Assembly (NCBI GenBank): GCA_965601925.1
Contig: OZ271854.1
Location: forward strand, 3,840,001 to 3,904,000
DNA: 64,000 nt
Source: Alkalispirochaeta sp.
GTDB lineage: Bacteria; Spirochaetota; Spirochaetia; DSM-27196; Alkalispirochaetaceae
Reading direction: 5' to 3'
The translations under genes were made by a program, and so were the position numbers. The notes under the pieces were generated by a model, which did not search any database, was not told where the DNA came from, and worked only from the letters and a program-made list of their open reading frames with translations. Below, piece by piece: positions 17,915 through 28,369 of this stretch; the stretch's first letter is position 1; every line of letters begins with the position of its first letter.

Positions 17915-18565
17915 ATGTTGACCCTGCCGTGGGATAACCCGGTGTTGCCGGGATTTATCGTATTTGAGGGTATCGACGGCGCGGGAACGACGACGCAGGC
18001 GCAACGCTTGGTCGCCCACCTGGCGACGGCCGAGAGGAGTGCGCAGTTCACCTGTGAACCTACCGATTTTGCTACGGGAGCGACGATCCGTCGTCTCCTT
18101 GCCGGGCCGGAGCACGTTGAACCGTGGACGCTGGCGCTCCTGTACGCCGCCGATCGGCACGAACACGTCGAACGACCCGCGGTGGGAATCCGCGCTCTGC
18201 TCGATCGAGGAATCCGTGTCGTGAGCGACCGATATCTCTTTTCGTCCCTCGCCTATCAAGGTGCGTTTAACGACTTTGCCGCCGTTGAGAAGCTCAACCA
18301 TCACTTTCCCCTTCCCGAACACCTTATATTTATCGACACGCCGCGAGAGGAAGCTTCGAGAAGGCTCTCGTCCCGCTCCAAACGAGATATCCTCGAGCGG
18401 GATGATGTCCAGCAACGGGTCGAAGGGATGTATCGGGAGATCATCGACGATTTCGTCCTGCAATCACCGATACACATACATACGATAGATGGAGGCCAAA
18501 ACCCCGACGGCGTGTTCCGAGACATTTTATATCACCTTCAATGTACCACTGAAACGAAGGAATGA
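17915..18565 (+). CDS. tmk: Thymidylate kinase
   Basis: FIVFEGIDGAGTTTQ, LYAADR, SDRYLFSSLAYQG. Confidence 0.95.
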   Translation: MLTLPWDNPVLPGFIVFEGIDGAGTTTQAQRLVAHLATAERSAQFTCEPTDFATGATIRRLLAGPEHVEPWTLALLYAADRHEHVERPAVGIRALLDRGIRVVSDRYLFSSLAYQGAFNDFAAVEKLNHHFPLPEHLIFIDTPREEASRRLSSRSKRDILERDDVQQRVEGMYREIIDDFVLQSPIHIHTIDGGQNPDGVFRDILYHLQCTTETKE

Positions 18566-18584
18566 CTCGGTCGATAGTATTGAT

Positions 18585-19202
18585 ATGCGTATCCTCTCTC
18601 CCGGTCGCGCTGCGTGTCTCGCCGGTATACTCATAGTCGCAACGGCCGGTCCGAGCTTTGCGTACCGGCTCACATATCGCGAACAGCTCTACGAGCTGTA
18701 TCACCGCCACTTCGTAATGTATCCCGAGCGCATCGCGGAAAACGTCTACTGGCTCGAGCAGGCGCTACGCAGCGATTTCGCCAATCCGCTCAATGCGCTG
18801 GCGGAGATTCGCGACGAACGGGAGTGGGAGTGGTACCGTTATCTCTTTACGATGCATATCAATCTCAAGCTGGTAGAGTTGTATCTCATGTGGGGTGCCG
18901 AATATACGAAGTTCGAGGCGTACTTTTATAACGCTCCGTGGCAGCGCGAGAATCTGGAGAGCCTCGATCGAGCCGAGGAGTTTTTTCGGTATGCGGTGCG
19001 CTACTGGGAGGCCGCCCAACGGTGGAGTCAAGAAGCCTCATCGATACGATTCGTGCACCTCGAGGAGATTCAACGGTGGGAAGACGATCACCATCGGATC
19101 CGCACGGGCGATCTTGACTACGGGCGCATCATCGAGCGGCAACTCGACCGCGTCGCCGAGGTGCGCGCCGCGTTTCTGGCGATGGACGGGGAAACCTACT
19201 GA
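18585..19202 (+). CDS. Conserved spirochaete exported hypothetical protein
   Basis: Signal peptide (SFA-Y); aromatic-rich helical body (FANPLNALA, AYFYNAPW); fills the gap between tmk and queA. Confidence 0.75.
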   Translation: MRILSPGRAACLAGILIVATAGPSFAYRLTYREQLYELYHRHFVMYPERIAENVYWLEQALRSDFANPLNALAEIRDEREWEWYRYLFTMHINLKLVELYLMWGAEYTKFEAYFYNAPWQRENLESLDRAEEFFRYAVRYWEAAQRWSQEASSIRFVHLEEIQRWEDDHHRIRTGDLDYGRIIERQLDRVAEVRAAFLAMDGETY

Positions 19203-19204
19203 GC

Positions 19205-20230
19205 TTACCGGATCAGCATCGCATCGCCGTATGAAAAGAAGCGATACCGCTGCGTCACCGCCTCGCGATAGCTTTCCAGGATGAACTCCCGATCGGCAAA
19301 GGCGCTCACCAGCGCTACCAAGGTGCTTCCCGGCGTGTGAAAGTTGGTAAAGAGTTGGTCGACGACCCTGAAGGTGAAGCCGGGATAAATGAACAGATCG
19401 GTGCTGCGGTATCCGCTATGGAGCTCCCGTACCGTCTCGTCCCACGCCGATTCCAAAGTACGGACGACCGTCGTTCCGACCGCAATCACCGGATGGCCGG
19501 CACGACGTGCAGAGGTGATCGTTTGCGATACCTCGGGGGAGATATAGAACTCCTCCTCATGCATTCGATGGTCTTCGAGCGTCTCGCTGCGCACCGGAAG
19601 AAAGGTTCCGATTCCCACGTGAAGCGTCACGAAGCGGATCGTCACACCGTGACGCCGTAGATCACCCAGGATTTGCGGCGTGAAATGCAGTCCCGCCGTC
19701 GGTGCGGCGACACTCCCGACCGTTTCGGCGTAGATTGTCTGATAGCGCTCGGCGTCCTCGATCGAGTCCTCGCGATGAATGTACGGCGGAAGCGGCACAT
19801 TGCCGTGTCGATCGAGCCAACGATTGTCCACCGGTGTATCGAAGGTGATCTCGCGGTAGGGGTCCACGACATCGGTTATCTCTCCGGCGACCCCACCGGG
19901 AAAGGTGAACGCCTTTCCAACTCGCAGTCGGCGTGCATTGCGACCGATCGCCAGCCACGAGCGGGCGGAGCGGCGGCGTACCAGCAGAAACTCCTGGCGC
20001 GCGTTCGAATCGGTAGCGATGCCGTACAGCCGCGCTTTGCGTACCCGCGAGTTATTGAACACCATGACGCTCCCCGGCTCCACGAAGTCGCGAATATCGG
20101 CCACGTGGGCGTGGCGACGCGTCGCCTCAGCGCGGTCGAGGACCATCAGACGGCTCGTGCCGCGTTCCGCGGTCGGTTCTTGGGCTACGAGATGTTCGGG
20201 CAGATCAAAAGAGAAATCGCTGGTCCTCAT
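19205..20230 (-). CDS. queA: S-adenosylmethionine:tRNA ribosyltransferase-isomerase
   Basis: [43 protein letters not shown]. Confidence 0.98.
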   Translation of the reverse strand: MRTSDFSFDLPEHLVAQEPTAERGTSRLMVLDRAEATRRHAHVADIRDFVEPGSVMVFNNSRVRKARLYGIATDSNARQEFLLVRRRSARSWLAIGRNARRLRVGKAFTFPGGVAGEITDVVDPYREITFDTPVDNRWLDRHGNVPLPPYIHREDSIEDAERYQTIYAETVGSVAAPTAGLHFTPQILGDLRRHGVTIRFVTLHVGIGTFLPVRSETLEDHRMHEEEFYISPEVSQTITSARRAGHPVIAVGTTVVRTLESAWDETVRELHSGYRSTDLFIYPGFTFRVVDQLFTNFHTPGSTLVALVSAFADREFILESYREAVTQRYRFFSYGDAMLIR

Positions 20231-21257
20231 TCCTCGTTCCTTCCTCGTTCTCGCCTGAAGACGCGGGATTCGGAAGCCCCAGAAGACCGTACGCGCGCTC
20301 GGTAACGATGCGCCCTCGAGCGGTCCGCTGAAGCAGGCCCTGTTGAATCAGAAACGGCTCGTAGAATACCTCGAGCGAGTCGATCTCCTCACCTACGGAG
20401 ATCGCCAAGGTTTCGGCTCCCACCGGACCGCCGCCGTACATCTCGATAATCGTGCGCAGAATCTGGCGATCCTGCTCCTCCAGGCCGTGGACATCGATGT
20501 TGAGACGCGCCATGCCGTCCCGCACGACCTCGATGGTAATCTCACCGTCGCCGATTACCTGGGCGAAGTCGCGCATTCGGCGCAGCAGCCGATTTGCCAC
20601 CCGCGGCGTACCGCGACAGCTATCGGCAAGCAGGGTTACCGCCGCATCGGATATCGGTATTTCGAGGATACGCGCGGAACGGCGGATGATCGCCTCCAGA
20701 TCCTCTCGGCGATAGAAATCGAGGCGCACGGGAATACCGAAACGCGTGTATAGCGGAGATGCGACCATGCCGGGACGCGTTGTCGCCCCCACGAGGGTAA
20801 AGCGCGGTAACGGCACGCGCAGCGTACGCGCCGACGGTCCCTGTCCGATCACCCAATCGATTTCGAAGTCCTCCATCGCAACGTACAACATCTCTTCTAA
20901 TGCGCTCTTCAAGCGATGAATCTCATCGATGAAGAACACCGAGCCCTCCTGGAGGGTCGTAAGAATACCGGCTAGGTCTTTCGGCTTGTCGAGGGCCGGC
21001 GCTGCTGTGACCCGTAGATCCGCGGACATCTCGTGGGCCATAATCGTCGCAAGCGTCGTCTTGCCCAACCCCGGAGGTCCGGAGAGGAACACGTGGTCAA
21101 GAGGCTCGCCACGCTCCCGCGCCGCCCGGATGAATACTTTGAGATTGGATTTGATCTGTTCTTGACCGAGAAAGTCCTCGAGCCGCCGTGGGCGCAGCTG
21201 ATTCTCGAACGAATCGTGGGACTCGTCATATTCGGGGTGAATCGGATGCTCTTCCAC
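20205..21257 (-). CDS. ruvB: Holliday junction branch migration helicase RuvB
   Basis: [36 protein letters not shown]. Confidence 0.98.
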   Translation of the reverse strand: MEEHPIHPEYDESHDSFENQLRPRRLEDFLGQEQIKSNLKVFIRAARERGEPLDHVFLSGPPGLGKTTLATIMAHEMSADLRVTAAPALDKPKDLAGILTTLQEGSVFFIDEIHRLKSALEEMLYVAMEDFEIDWVIGQGPSARTLRVPLPRFTLVGATTRPGMVASPLYTRFGIPVRLDFYRREDLEAIIRRSARILEIPISDAAVTLLADSCRGTPRVANRLLRRMRDFAQVIGDGEITIEVVRDGMARLNIDVHGLEEQDRQILRTIIEMYGGGPVGAETLAISVGEEIDSLEVFYEPFLIQQGLLQRTARGRIVTERAYGLLGLPNPASSGENEEGTRNEDQRFLF

Positions 21258-21270
21258 GTCCTACGCTCCC

Positions 21271-21900
21271 CTATCGCGCACTCAACTCGACGATTGCACG
21301 ACGAAAGAGCTCCCGCTCCCGCGCGTCATCATCGTCCGGCGCGGCGCCGCTCGCGCGATCCCCGTCAATTTCCGGGATCAATCGATCCAGGACCGCCTGC
21401 GCCTCACTCCGGTCGAACCCCATTTCTACCAGCGCGCCCAGAATCTCTTCGTCTCTCGAGGCGGCTCCGGCCGGAGAGGCTCCGTCGCGTTCCACCACAA
21501 GATGTCCTTTGAGTTGAAGGATCATCTTTTGGGCCGTCTTTTTGCCGAGCCCGGGCAGGCGCGTGAGCGCGTCGACGTCTTCGCGGTTGAGGAGCTCGGT
21601 GAGCGCCGCGACGGTGGTTCCCGAAAGAATTTTAAGCGCCTGGCGCGGTCCGATTCCCGAGACCGAGATCAACTCCAAAAAGGCGTTTCGTTCCGCCTGC
21701 GTCCAAAACCCATAGAGGCGCACGAGATCCTCTCGGGAGTGGAGGTACACGAATACACGTTGCTCTTCGTCGCGATGCGCGGCGAGTGCCGCTTGAAAGG
21801 TCGTCGCGCTGACCTCCAGAAGCCACTCGATACCGCCGGTGCGGAACGAAAGATTCGGGAACTGGTGTCCGGATACGACGCCGTACAAGCTATTGAACAC
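21271..21900 (-). CDS. ruvA: Holliday junction binding protein RuvA
   Basis: LYGF, VSGIGP, PGLGKKTA, ALVEMGF; start is GTG 21900 or ATG 21909. Confidence 0.95.
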   Translation of the reverse strand: MFNSLYGVVSGHQFPNLSFRTGGIEWLLEVSATTFQAALAAHRDEEQRVFVYLHSREDLVRLYGFWTQAERNAFLELISVSGIGPRQALKILSGTTVAALTELLNREDVDALTRLPGLGKKTAQKMILQLKGHLVVERDGASPAGAASRDEEILGALVEMGFDRSEAQAVLDRLIPEIDGDRASGAAPDDDDARERELFRRAIVELSAR

Positions 21901-22378
21901 GCCCTGCATCCTTTTCGTTGTAGCGAGTAATCGCCGTAGCCAATGCGTCGGCGGCGTGATCGGGACGCGGCGGGTCGGCCATACCGAGAATAATGCGAAC
22001 CATCTGGATTACCTGCTCCTTGTCCGCCTGACCGGTGCCGACCACCGCTTGCTTGATCGCCTGAGGTGTGTACTCGCACGTGGGCACCGCAGCCTGCGCC
22101 AACGCTAAGAGCACGACACCTCGCGCCTGGGCTACCGGAATGGCACTCGTGACGTTTTTCGTGAAATAGAGGCTCTCGATTCCGGCCAGATCGGGGTTGT
22201 AGGTACTGACACGGTCCAACACGGCGTCGTATATCTCCCGCAATCTGTCACCCGGAGTGCGGTCCGATCGGGTGCGAATCACTCCGTATTCGACGCACCT
22301 GAATCGCCCGGCATCGACATTGATCACCCCGAATCCCGTGGCGGCGATACCCGGATCGATGCCGAGAACCGTGGACAT
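21890..22378 (-). CDS. ruvC: Crossover junction endodeoxyribonuclease RuvC
   Basis: LGIDPG, QARGV, DHAADALA. Confidence 0.97.
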   Translation of the reverse strand: MSTVLGIDPGIAATGFGVINVDAGRFRCVEYGVIRTRSDRTPGDRLREIYDAVLDRVSTYNPDLAGIESLYFTKNVTSAIPVAQARGVVLLALAQAAVPTCEYTPQAIKQAVVGTGQADKEQVIQMVRIILGMADPPRPDHAADALATAITRYNEKDAGRVQ

Positions 22379-23121
22379 TAACCGTCGATCTCGAAATCGT
22401 CGGGGATTTCGAGATTGGTGGCGACCTCCTGCACATCGTCGTGGTCGTCGAGGAGATCGATGAGACGGAGCGCCTTGCGCGTTCCGTCGGCGTCGAGACT
22501 GACGGTCGTCTCCGGCACGCGTGATACCTCGGCGACAGTGTGCTCATACCCCGCCTCGGAGAGAGAACTCATCACCGCCTCGAACGTTTCCGGCGTCGTC
22601 GTGACCTCGATCGTATCTCCCGATGTCGCGACGTCGTCCGCGCCGGCCTCCAGCGCCGCCTCGAGAATCTCGTCCTCGGCGTAGCGCTCGGCGTCGTAGC
22701 CGATGATTCCCTTGCGGGAGAAGAGATAGGAGACGCACCCGCTCTCACCGAGATTCCCGCCGTTCTTGCTGAAGATGCTGCGAACGTCCGCGGCGGTACG
22801 GTTTTTGTTGTCCGTCAACGCGTCCACCAGTATCGCCACACCGTTGGGGCCGTATCCTTCGTAGCTCAACTCGACGTAGTCCTCGCCGCCGAGTTCGCCG
22901 GTGCCCTTCTTGATCGCCCGTTCCATATTGTCCTTGGGCATGTTGGCGGCTTTGGCTTTGAGCACCGCGGCGCGGAGTCTCGGATTGGCCTCCTCGTCGC
23001 CGCCTCCCATCTTGGCCGCTACGGTTATCTCTTTGATGAGCTTCGAGAAGAGTTTTCCCCTCTTTGCGTCTTGCGCGCCCTTCTTGTGGCGAATTGTCGC
23101 CCATTTACTATGGCCGGACAT
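22378..23121 (-). CDS. yebC: YebC/PmpR family protein
   Basis: MSGHSKWATI start at 23121; YEGYGPNG; TDNKNRT. Confidence 0.97.
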   Translation of the reverse strand: MSGHSKWATIRHKKGAQDAKRGKLFSKLIKEITVAAKMGGGDEEANPRLRAAVLKAKAANMPKDNMERAIKKGTGELGGEDYVELSYEGYGPNGVAILVDALTDNKNRTAADVRSIFSKNGGNLGESGCVSYLFSRKGIIGYDAERYAEDEILEAALEAGADDVATSGDTIEVTTTPETFEAVMSSLSEAGYEHTVAEVSRVPETTVSLDADGTRKALRLIDLLDDHDDVQEVATNLEIPDDFEIDG

Positions 23122-23156
23122 GCAATCTCCCTTGCCGATGAGAATAGAGTGCCGCG

Positions 23157-23185
23157 AGGCTACCACTTGACCCCACAGCTGTCAA
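23157..23185 (-). promoter_or_regulatory. Putative sigma70 promoter of yebC-ruvCAB-queA
   Basis: TTGACA-17 nt-TAGCCT on the minus strand. Confidence 0.5.
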
Positions 23186-23231
23186 GTTGCTTGTACACAG
23201 GCAGTTGCGCGGTTACCTTTCAAGCCCTCGG

Positions 23232-24512
23232 TTACGTGTCGCGCACCGCTCCTTCGCGACCGGACGCGTTCGTCGCCGTCTCGGGCCATCGATATGCGTC
23301 AAGCCCGACGTCCCGTCGATCGAGTTCGACAAAGGCGTCCACCAGAAAGCGGTCGAGGAGCATCGCTCCCCCGTCGGTGAGGGCGAGACGTCCCGCGATC
23401 GGTTCGGTGAGATACCGATCCCATCGCCGAATCGTCTCGGGAATGAGGACGTCCAACGTCCGGTCGAAGACGCGTGCGATCGCATCACGCCGGATTCCGT
23501 CCCGCATTCGAAACCCCATCATCAGATATTCTCCGAGGAGCGCCCGCCGGTCCAGCGATTCGGTCACGATTCCGTAGTCCGGCTTATCGTACTCGTCGAA
23601 ACGGCGCGGCAGATGCAGGTGGCACGCCGTACCGTGCGACGAGTCGGTCCGCGTCGACGGCAGGAGCGCCACGGCGCCCGGTCCCGCGGCGGCCCACGGA
23701 CGCATCTCCCAGTACGCGATGTTGTGACGACCTTCGCACCCCGGGCGAGCAAAGCTCGATATCTCGTACCACCGAAGGCCGGCGTCACTCAGGTGGTCGC
23801 GAGATAGACGGAGGAGCGCGGTGCGATGCTCGTCATCGCTCACGGGAAGCGAGCCCGAACGGTATCTCCGGTACAGACGCGTACCCTCCTCGATTCCTAA
23901 CTCGTACAGTGATACGTGATCGGGCGCAAAGGTCATGAGCGCTCGGATGTCCTCTTTCGCCTCCTTCGGTGTCTGGCCGGGAATCGCCGTAATAAGGTCG
24001 GCGCTCCAACTCCCGCCCCAGCGATCCGCAACGATCGAAAGGCCGCGGTGCGTCGCCTCAACCGTCGTGTGTCGGCCTATTCGCGCAAGAAGCGGCGACT
24101 GCAGGGATTGGATACCTATCGAGAGGCGGTTGACGCCCGCTCCCTCGAGTTCGGCCAGGAGCGCGGGTTCGACATCTTCCGGATTGACCTCAACGGTACA
24201 CTCGAGTGTGTCGCGGTCGTCGTGGGGCGGGCGTATCGCTGCGGTAACGTCGGCGAGCGCCGAGAGCAGCGCCTCGCGCGCTTCCCCGGTAAGGACCGAG
24301 GGCGTTCCCCCGCCGACATAGACGCTTTTCAGCCGTGTCCGAGTCCCGGGAACGGTGCCGACGATGTCGCGAATGTGGTCTACCGTGCGGCGTATAATCG
24401 CGACCTGCCGCTCGGGAGCGACGCCGATGCGAGAGAAAAAATCACAGTAATCGCAGCGAAATCGGCAAAAGGGAACGTGAATATAGAGGTGTGCCGCCGG
24501 ATGCGGCGTCAT
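23232..24512 (-). CDS. hemW: Radical SAM heme chaperone HemW (HemN-like)
   Basis: HLYIHVPFCRFRCDYCDF, YVGGGTPS, YEISSF, HNIAYW. Confidence 0.85.
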   Translation of the reverse strand: MTPHPAAHLYIHVPFCRFRCDYCDFFSRIGVAPERQVAIIRRTVDHIRDIVGTVPGTRTRLKSVYVGGGTPSVLTGEAREALLSALADVTAAIRPPHDDRDTLECTVEVNPEDVEPALLAELEGAGVNRLSIGIQSLQSPLLARIGRHTTVEATHRGLSIVADRWGGSWSADLITAIPGQTPKEAKEDIRALMTFAPDHVSLYELGIEEGTRLYRRYRSGSLPVSDDEHRTALLRLSRDHLSDAGLRWYEISSFARPGCEGRHNIAYWEMRPWAAAGPGAVALLPSTRTDSSHGTACHLHLPRRFDEYDKPDYGIVTESLDRRALLGEYLMMGFRMRDGIRRDAIARVFDRTLDVLIPETIRRWDRYLTEPIAGRLALTDGGAMLLDRFLVDAFVELDRRDVGLDAYRWPETATNASGREGAVRDT

Positions 24513-24570
24513 GTCGGCGGCGTCGAGGCGTAACGCGCCTCGGTGGCGACGCGTACTGACCGAGGGTTCT

Positions 24571-25218
24571 TCACGATTGTCGCTCCCCGTTCGGCAATAG
24601 GAAGCCGTCTTCCAGAAGCTCGACCGGCCGCCGTCGGTCTCGCGGCCATACGATGCGTTCTACTCGACGTCGAATCGAGCGCATCGGAACGGGGCCGGTG
24701 ATTCGGGAATCGATTCTTCCGGAATCGAGGGCGACAAGAAAGACGTATCCTTCGGGAACGGTCGTTTGGCGTTGTTCGTACTCGACGACGGTATGGATGA
24801 TACCGCCCTCGAGTCTATACAGACCACCCTCGCTCGTTCTCACGACGATGCGCGCGTGATCCCATGTGACGCGGTCCCCGGGCAACGCCGCTACGACGCG
24901 CAACACATCGCGGTCATGATAGAGCGGTGCGGTCTCGTCGCCTTGGGTCCCTCCCCATATGCGCCGGGTAACATCCGCAAAGGGAGCGGTTTCGTCGGGG
25001 AACGGGTTACGGGCCATAACAATCGAACCGCGGTATACGCTTCTGCGCGCCGATCGCAGTGTCACGAGATCTCCCGTCTCGAACAACGGCGGCACCGCGC
25101 CTTCCCCGACGGTCGCCACGGTCACACCGAGTAGTCCCCACGCGGCAAACGAAGCGAAGGCCACGAGAAAAAAACGCAACACACGACGAACGCGTCGTCG
25201 CGATGGACGCCTCGCCAT
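24571..25218 (-). CDS. S26 signal peptidase-like protein with degenerate catalytic residues
   Basis: N-terminal TM; ETGD, RVVALPGD, VPEGYVF, DSRITGPVP; Ser and Lys boxes substituted. Confidence 0.75.
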   Translation of the reverse strand: MARRPSRRRVRRVLRFFLVAFASFAAWGLLGVTVATVGEGAVPPLFETGDLVTLRSARRSVYRGSIVMARNPFPDETAPFADVTRRIWGGTQGDETAPLYHDRDVLRVVAALPGDRVTWDHARIVVRTSEGGLYRLEGGIIHTVVEYEQRQTTVPEGYVFLVALDSGRIDSRITGPVPMRSIRRRVERIVWPRDRRRPVELLEDGFLLPNGERQS

Positions 25219-25225
25219 TACACGG

Positions 25226-26263
25226 TCAGCGGATGGGCCCTACACGCGGTATCGGCCAATAGATGACCATTGCGCGGCCCAACACGTCGTCGACGTGCAC
25301 CGGTCCGAAGTAGCGCCCGTCCCGCGAGTTGTCGCGGTTGTCGCCCAACGGAAAGATACGATTCGCCGGGACGTACCACCCGACGCGCAGAAACTGCATA
25401 CGCTCACGCTGGCGACTCACGTGCGGGCGCGCCGCATACACTACGCTCTGTCTGATGCGGTCCAGCTCGATTGGGTCGCCGAATCCTATGCCGCGCAACC
25501 GTCCTATCGCCTCGGCTTGGCGTTCGGTAAGCGGGAGATCAAGATCCTGGAGCGCCAACGCCTCGGCCGCCTCTTCGATGATGAGATAATCGTCGGCGTC
25601 GAGCATACGTCGCGAACGGTAATCGGCGCCGGTCAGCCGACCGAACTGCTCTTCGGTCATCCACGTGGAGGTACCGGACGGGAGGATCTCAATGTCACCC
25701 CTAATCGAACGAAACCGATCTCCTTCGACGCCGACGGCCCGCTTTATCAACAGTTGTGCGCGAGGTTGGCCCATCTCATCGCGGTCGATATCGATGAGGG
25801 AGAGTGTGAGCATGTAGATCGCCCGTTGGAGAATGGTGAATGTGGTTCCACGACTGATGTAGGACGGATTTTCGAAGATAACGACTTCTCGTTGCTGCGG
25901 GCGGGCAAATCCGGGAAGCTTAGCCACTCCCGGGAGCAACTCGGGGCCGTACACGACCTTGTTGACGAAAATGCGGTCTTCCAACAGCAGCGTTTCGATC
26001 ATGGATCCCGATGGAATCTGATACGCTTGCAGAAGGTACTGGTTGATGACGAGCACCAGAAATGCCGCCTGAAGGAAGGCCTCGATCCAGTCGAGTATCG
26101 GGTGCTTCTGCGATTGCTTGAGACGGCGTCGAGCCTTGCGTCGAATGCGCCATGTGAGAATGCGCTCGGTGATCACCACGAGCGTAGCGCCAATGCGTTG
26201 CATGATCCCGAAGGCTACCACCGCTCGAACGGCGATGACAAGGTTGACCCCGCTCGTTGACAT
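25226..26263 (-). CDS. lepB: Signal peptidase I
   Basis: YQIPSGSM (catalytic Ser), LIKRAVG (catalytic Lys), GDNRDNSRDGRYFG. Confidence 0.95.
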   Translation of the reverse strand: MSTSGVNLVIAVRAVVAFGIMQRIGATLVVITERILTWRIRRKARRRLKQSQKHPILDWIEAFLQAAFLVLVINQYLLQAYQIPSGSMIETLLLEDRIFVNKVVYGPELLPGVAKLPGFARPQQREVVIFENPSYISRGTTFTILQRAIYMLTLSLIDIDRDEMGQPRAQLLIKRAVGVEGDRFRSIRGDIEILPSGTSTWMTEEQFGRLTGADYRSRRMLDADDYLIIEEAAEALALQDLDLPLTERQAEAIGRLRGIGFGDPIELDRIRQSVVYAARPHVSRQRERMQFLRVGWYVPANRIFPLGDNRDNSRDGRYFGPVHVDDVLGRAMVIYWPIPRVGPIR

Positions 26264-26298
26264 AAGATAGGGCCGTTTCTATACTCCGTATCACCTCT

Positions 26299-27924
26299 AT
26301 GGCCTCTTCGTGGAAAGACATTCAGTCAAAAAAAGAGATCGAAGATCTCGACGTACGTCTTAAGCCGATCTTCGGCATACCTCCGGAACGATACATCGTC
26401 GTCATATGGGCCGCGGCCCTTCTGCTCGCCTCGTTTCTGCTGTTGGTTCTTCCCGGCTTGAGGAACTATGGAACGAAACTGACGGTCACCTCTTCACCCG
26501 AGGGCGCTCAGGTGCTTATCGACGAGCGACGAGTCGGGGCGACACCGGTGGAGGTCTTCGTCGAGGCGGGATCGCGAACGGTGACCGTTTCGCACCCCGG
26601 GCAGTCGGAGGTGCTCTCCCTCGATGTACAGGGACGGCGCATCGCCGGGCTCTTCTTTCAGCGTCGCGATGCCGTCCATGTAGCCCTGGATCGCATCGAT
26701 CACGAAGTCGTCATTCAATCCGCGGTCGCCGACTTCGCCTCGTGGGCGCTCAAGGGGTCTCCAAGCGCGCAGTTTCAGATTCCGCCGGTGGCGCACAATG
26801 CGGCTCGCCTGATATGGGCGGACCGCGCGGCGCGACGCGAGGGAGTTGAGACGCTGTTGGTCGACCTCCTCGCTCACGGAACGGCCGATCAAACCGGAGA
26901 TATGCTGGCGGCGGTCGTACGTACGGCAAATCCGCGCGGTGTGGTATCTCCCCTCTCCCTGAGCGAAGTTGTACATTTTTTTATACAGCTTGATAATGCT
27001 TATCCGACCTTTTTCCACGTCGTCGACGGTTTCGCGGATGCCGACTCGACCTCACGTAGGGCCGTATCCGACAGCGCATGGATGCTACGTCGCGAGGAGG
27101 CGCTCTCTACCGCGATTTTGGCCGCATCGATCGTTCCCGATGAACAGCCGGCTCCGAGTGCTCGATTATCGACGGTCGGTGGGGTGCGTTTCGCACGCGT
27201 TCCCGCCGGTCGATACGTCCTCGGCTATCCCCTTCGCGGCGTTCACGTACACGGCGAGCCGGTTCGCTTCACCGATGAATATTGGATCCAGGATTCCGAA
27301 GTAACGCGCGTTCAATACGCTCGATTTCTTGCGGCGCGTCCGGATTGGGCACCGGCCCGACGCGCATCGCTTATCGCGGACGGTCTCGTGGACCGCCACT
27401 ACCTCGCAGATTGGCCCGAGGACTGGACGACGTGGCTGAACGATCCTACAGTGGACGCGACACAGCCGGTGCGATATGTGAGTTGGTACGCTGCAGAGGC
27501 GTACGCCGAGTGGGTGAACGAGGTTGCGGCTCGCGCAATCGACGAGTTGCTTCCCGGCGCGAGGGCGGTACTTCCTACCGCCGCCCAGTGGGAGTATGCG
27601 GCGTTTCTTAACGGTCTGGGGGCGCCTACGGTAGTCAGCGAAGCTACCTCACCGCGCGGAACGACGGAAGCGGCGTCCGGAGCCCTGGGAGCGTACCATC
27701 TGGTGGGCAATCTCTGGGAGTGGACCGCCGACTGGCACGCGGAGCACCGCGTATTTCACGCCCCCACCTCGGGCGATCAACGCGCCGTTTTCGGCGGTAG
27801 TTTTGCAAACCCGGAAGCGTCGCACTCCGTTGCCGGCGCACAGCCTCCCCTGTGGTCCACGCCGTTTCTAGGATTCCGTCTCGCCCTTACGGGGCCCGAG
27901 TTTGCGGTAGAGTACGATGGCTGA
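26299..27924 (+). CDS. Membrane-anchored PEGA + FGE/SUMF1-domain protein
   Basis: TM; PEGA motif SSPEGAQVLID..GATP; QPVRYVSW, LPTAAQWEYAA, GNLWEWT, GFRL. Confidence 0.85.
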   Translation: MASSWKDIQSKKEIEDLDVRLKPIFGIPPERYIVVIWAAALLLASFLLLVLPGLRNYGTKLTVTSSPEGAQVLIDERRVGATPVEVFVEAGSRTVTVSHPGQSEVLSLDVQGRRIAGLFFQRRDAVHVALDRIDHEVVIQSAVADFASWALKGSPSAQFQIPPVAHNAARLIWADRAARREGVETLLVDLLAHGTADQTGDMLAAVVRTANPRGVVSPLSLSEVVHFFIQLDNAYPTFFHVVDGFADADSTSRRAVSDSAWMLRREEALSTAILAASIVPDEQPAPSARLSTVGGVRFARVPAGRYVLGYPLRGVHVHGEPVRFTDEYWIQDSEVTRVQYARFLAARPDWAPARRASLIADGLVDRHYLADWPEDWTTWLNDPTVDATQPVRYVSWYAAEAYAEWVNEVAARAIDELLPGARAVLPTAAQWEYAAFLNGLGAPTVVSEATSPRGTTEAASGALGAYHLVGNLWEWTADWHAEHRVFHAPTSGDQRAVFGGSFANPEASHSVAGAQPPLWSTPFLGFRLALTGPEFAVEYDG

Positions 27925-28369
27925 CCGCAAGACGCTGGCGCGTAACAGGCGCGCCTTCCACGAGTATGCGATCGAGGATCGCATCGAGGTCGGTATTGTG
28001 CTCCACGGGACGGAAGTGAAGTCGATGCGTGCCGGACGATTCTCCTTCGCCGACTCTTACGCCAGGATACGGAACGGTGAGCTATGGCTTGTAGCGCTCC
28101 ATATCAACGAGTATAGCCACGGAAATCTCTTTAACCACGAACCGACGAGAGAGCGGAAGTTGCTCTGCCACCGCGACGAGATCGATCGCCTCCGACGCCG
28201 AGTGGAAGAGAAGGGCTTTACTCTCATTCCTTTGGAGTTCTACCTCAAGCAGGGGCTGATTAAGCTCGAGTTGGGCGTCGGCAAGGGGAAGAAACTCTTC
28301 GACAAACGCGAGACGCTCAAAGCGAAGGCGCAGAAGCGCGATATGGACCGCGAGATGAGGGGGCGGTAG
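27917..28369 (+). CDS. smpB: SsrA-binding protein
   Basis: NRRAFHEY, GTEVKS, RKLL, GKKLFDKR. Confidence 0.98.
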   Translation: MADRKTLARNRRAFHEYAIEDRIEVGIVLHGTEVKSMRAGRFSFADSYARIRNGELWLVALHINEYSHGNLFNHEPTRERKLLCHRDEIDRLRRRVEEKGFTLIPLEFYLKQGLIKLELGVGKGKKLFDKRETLKAKAQKRDMDREMRGR

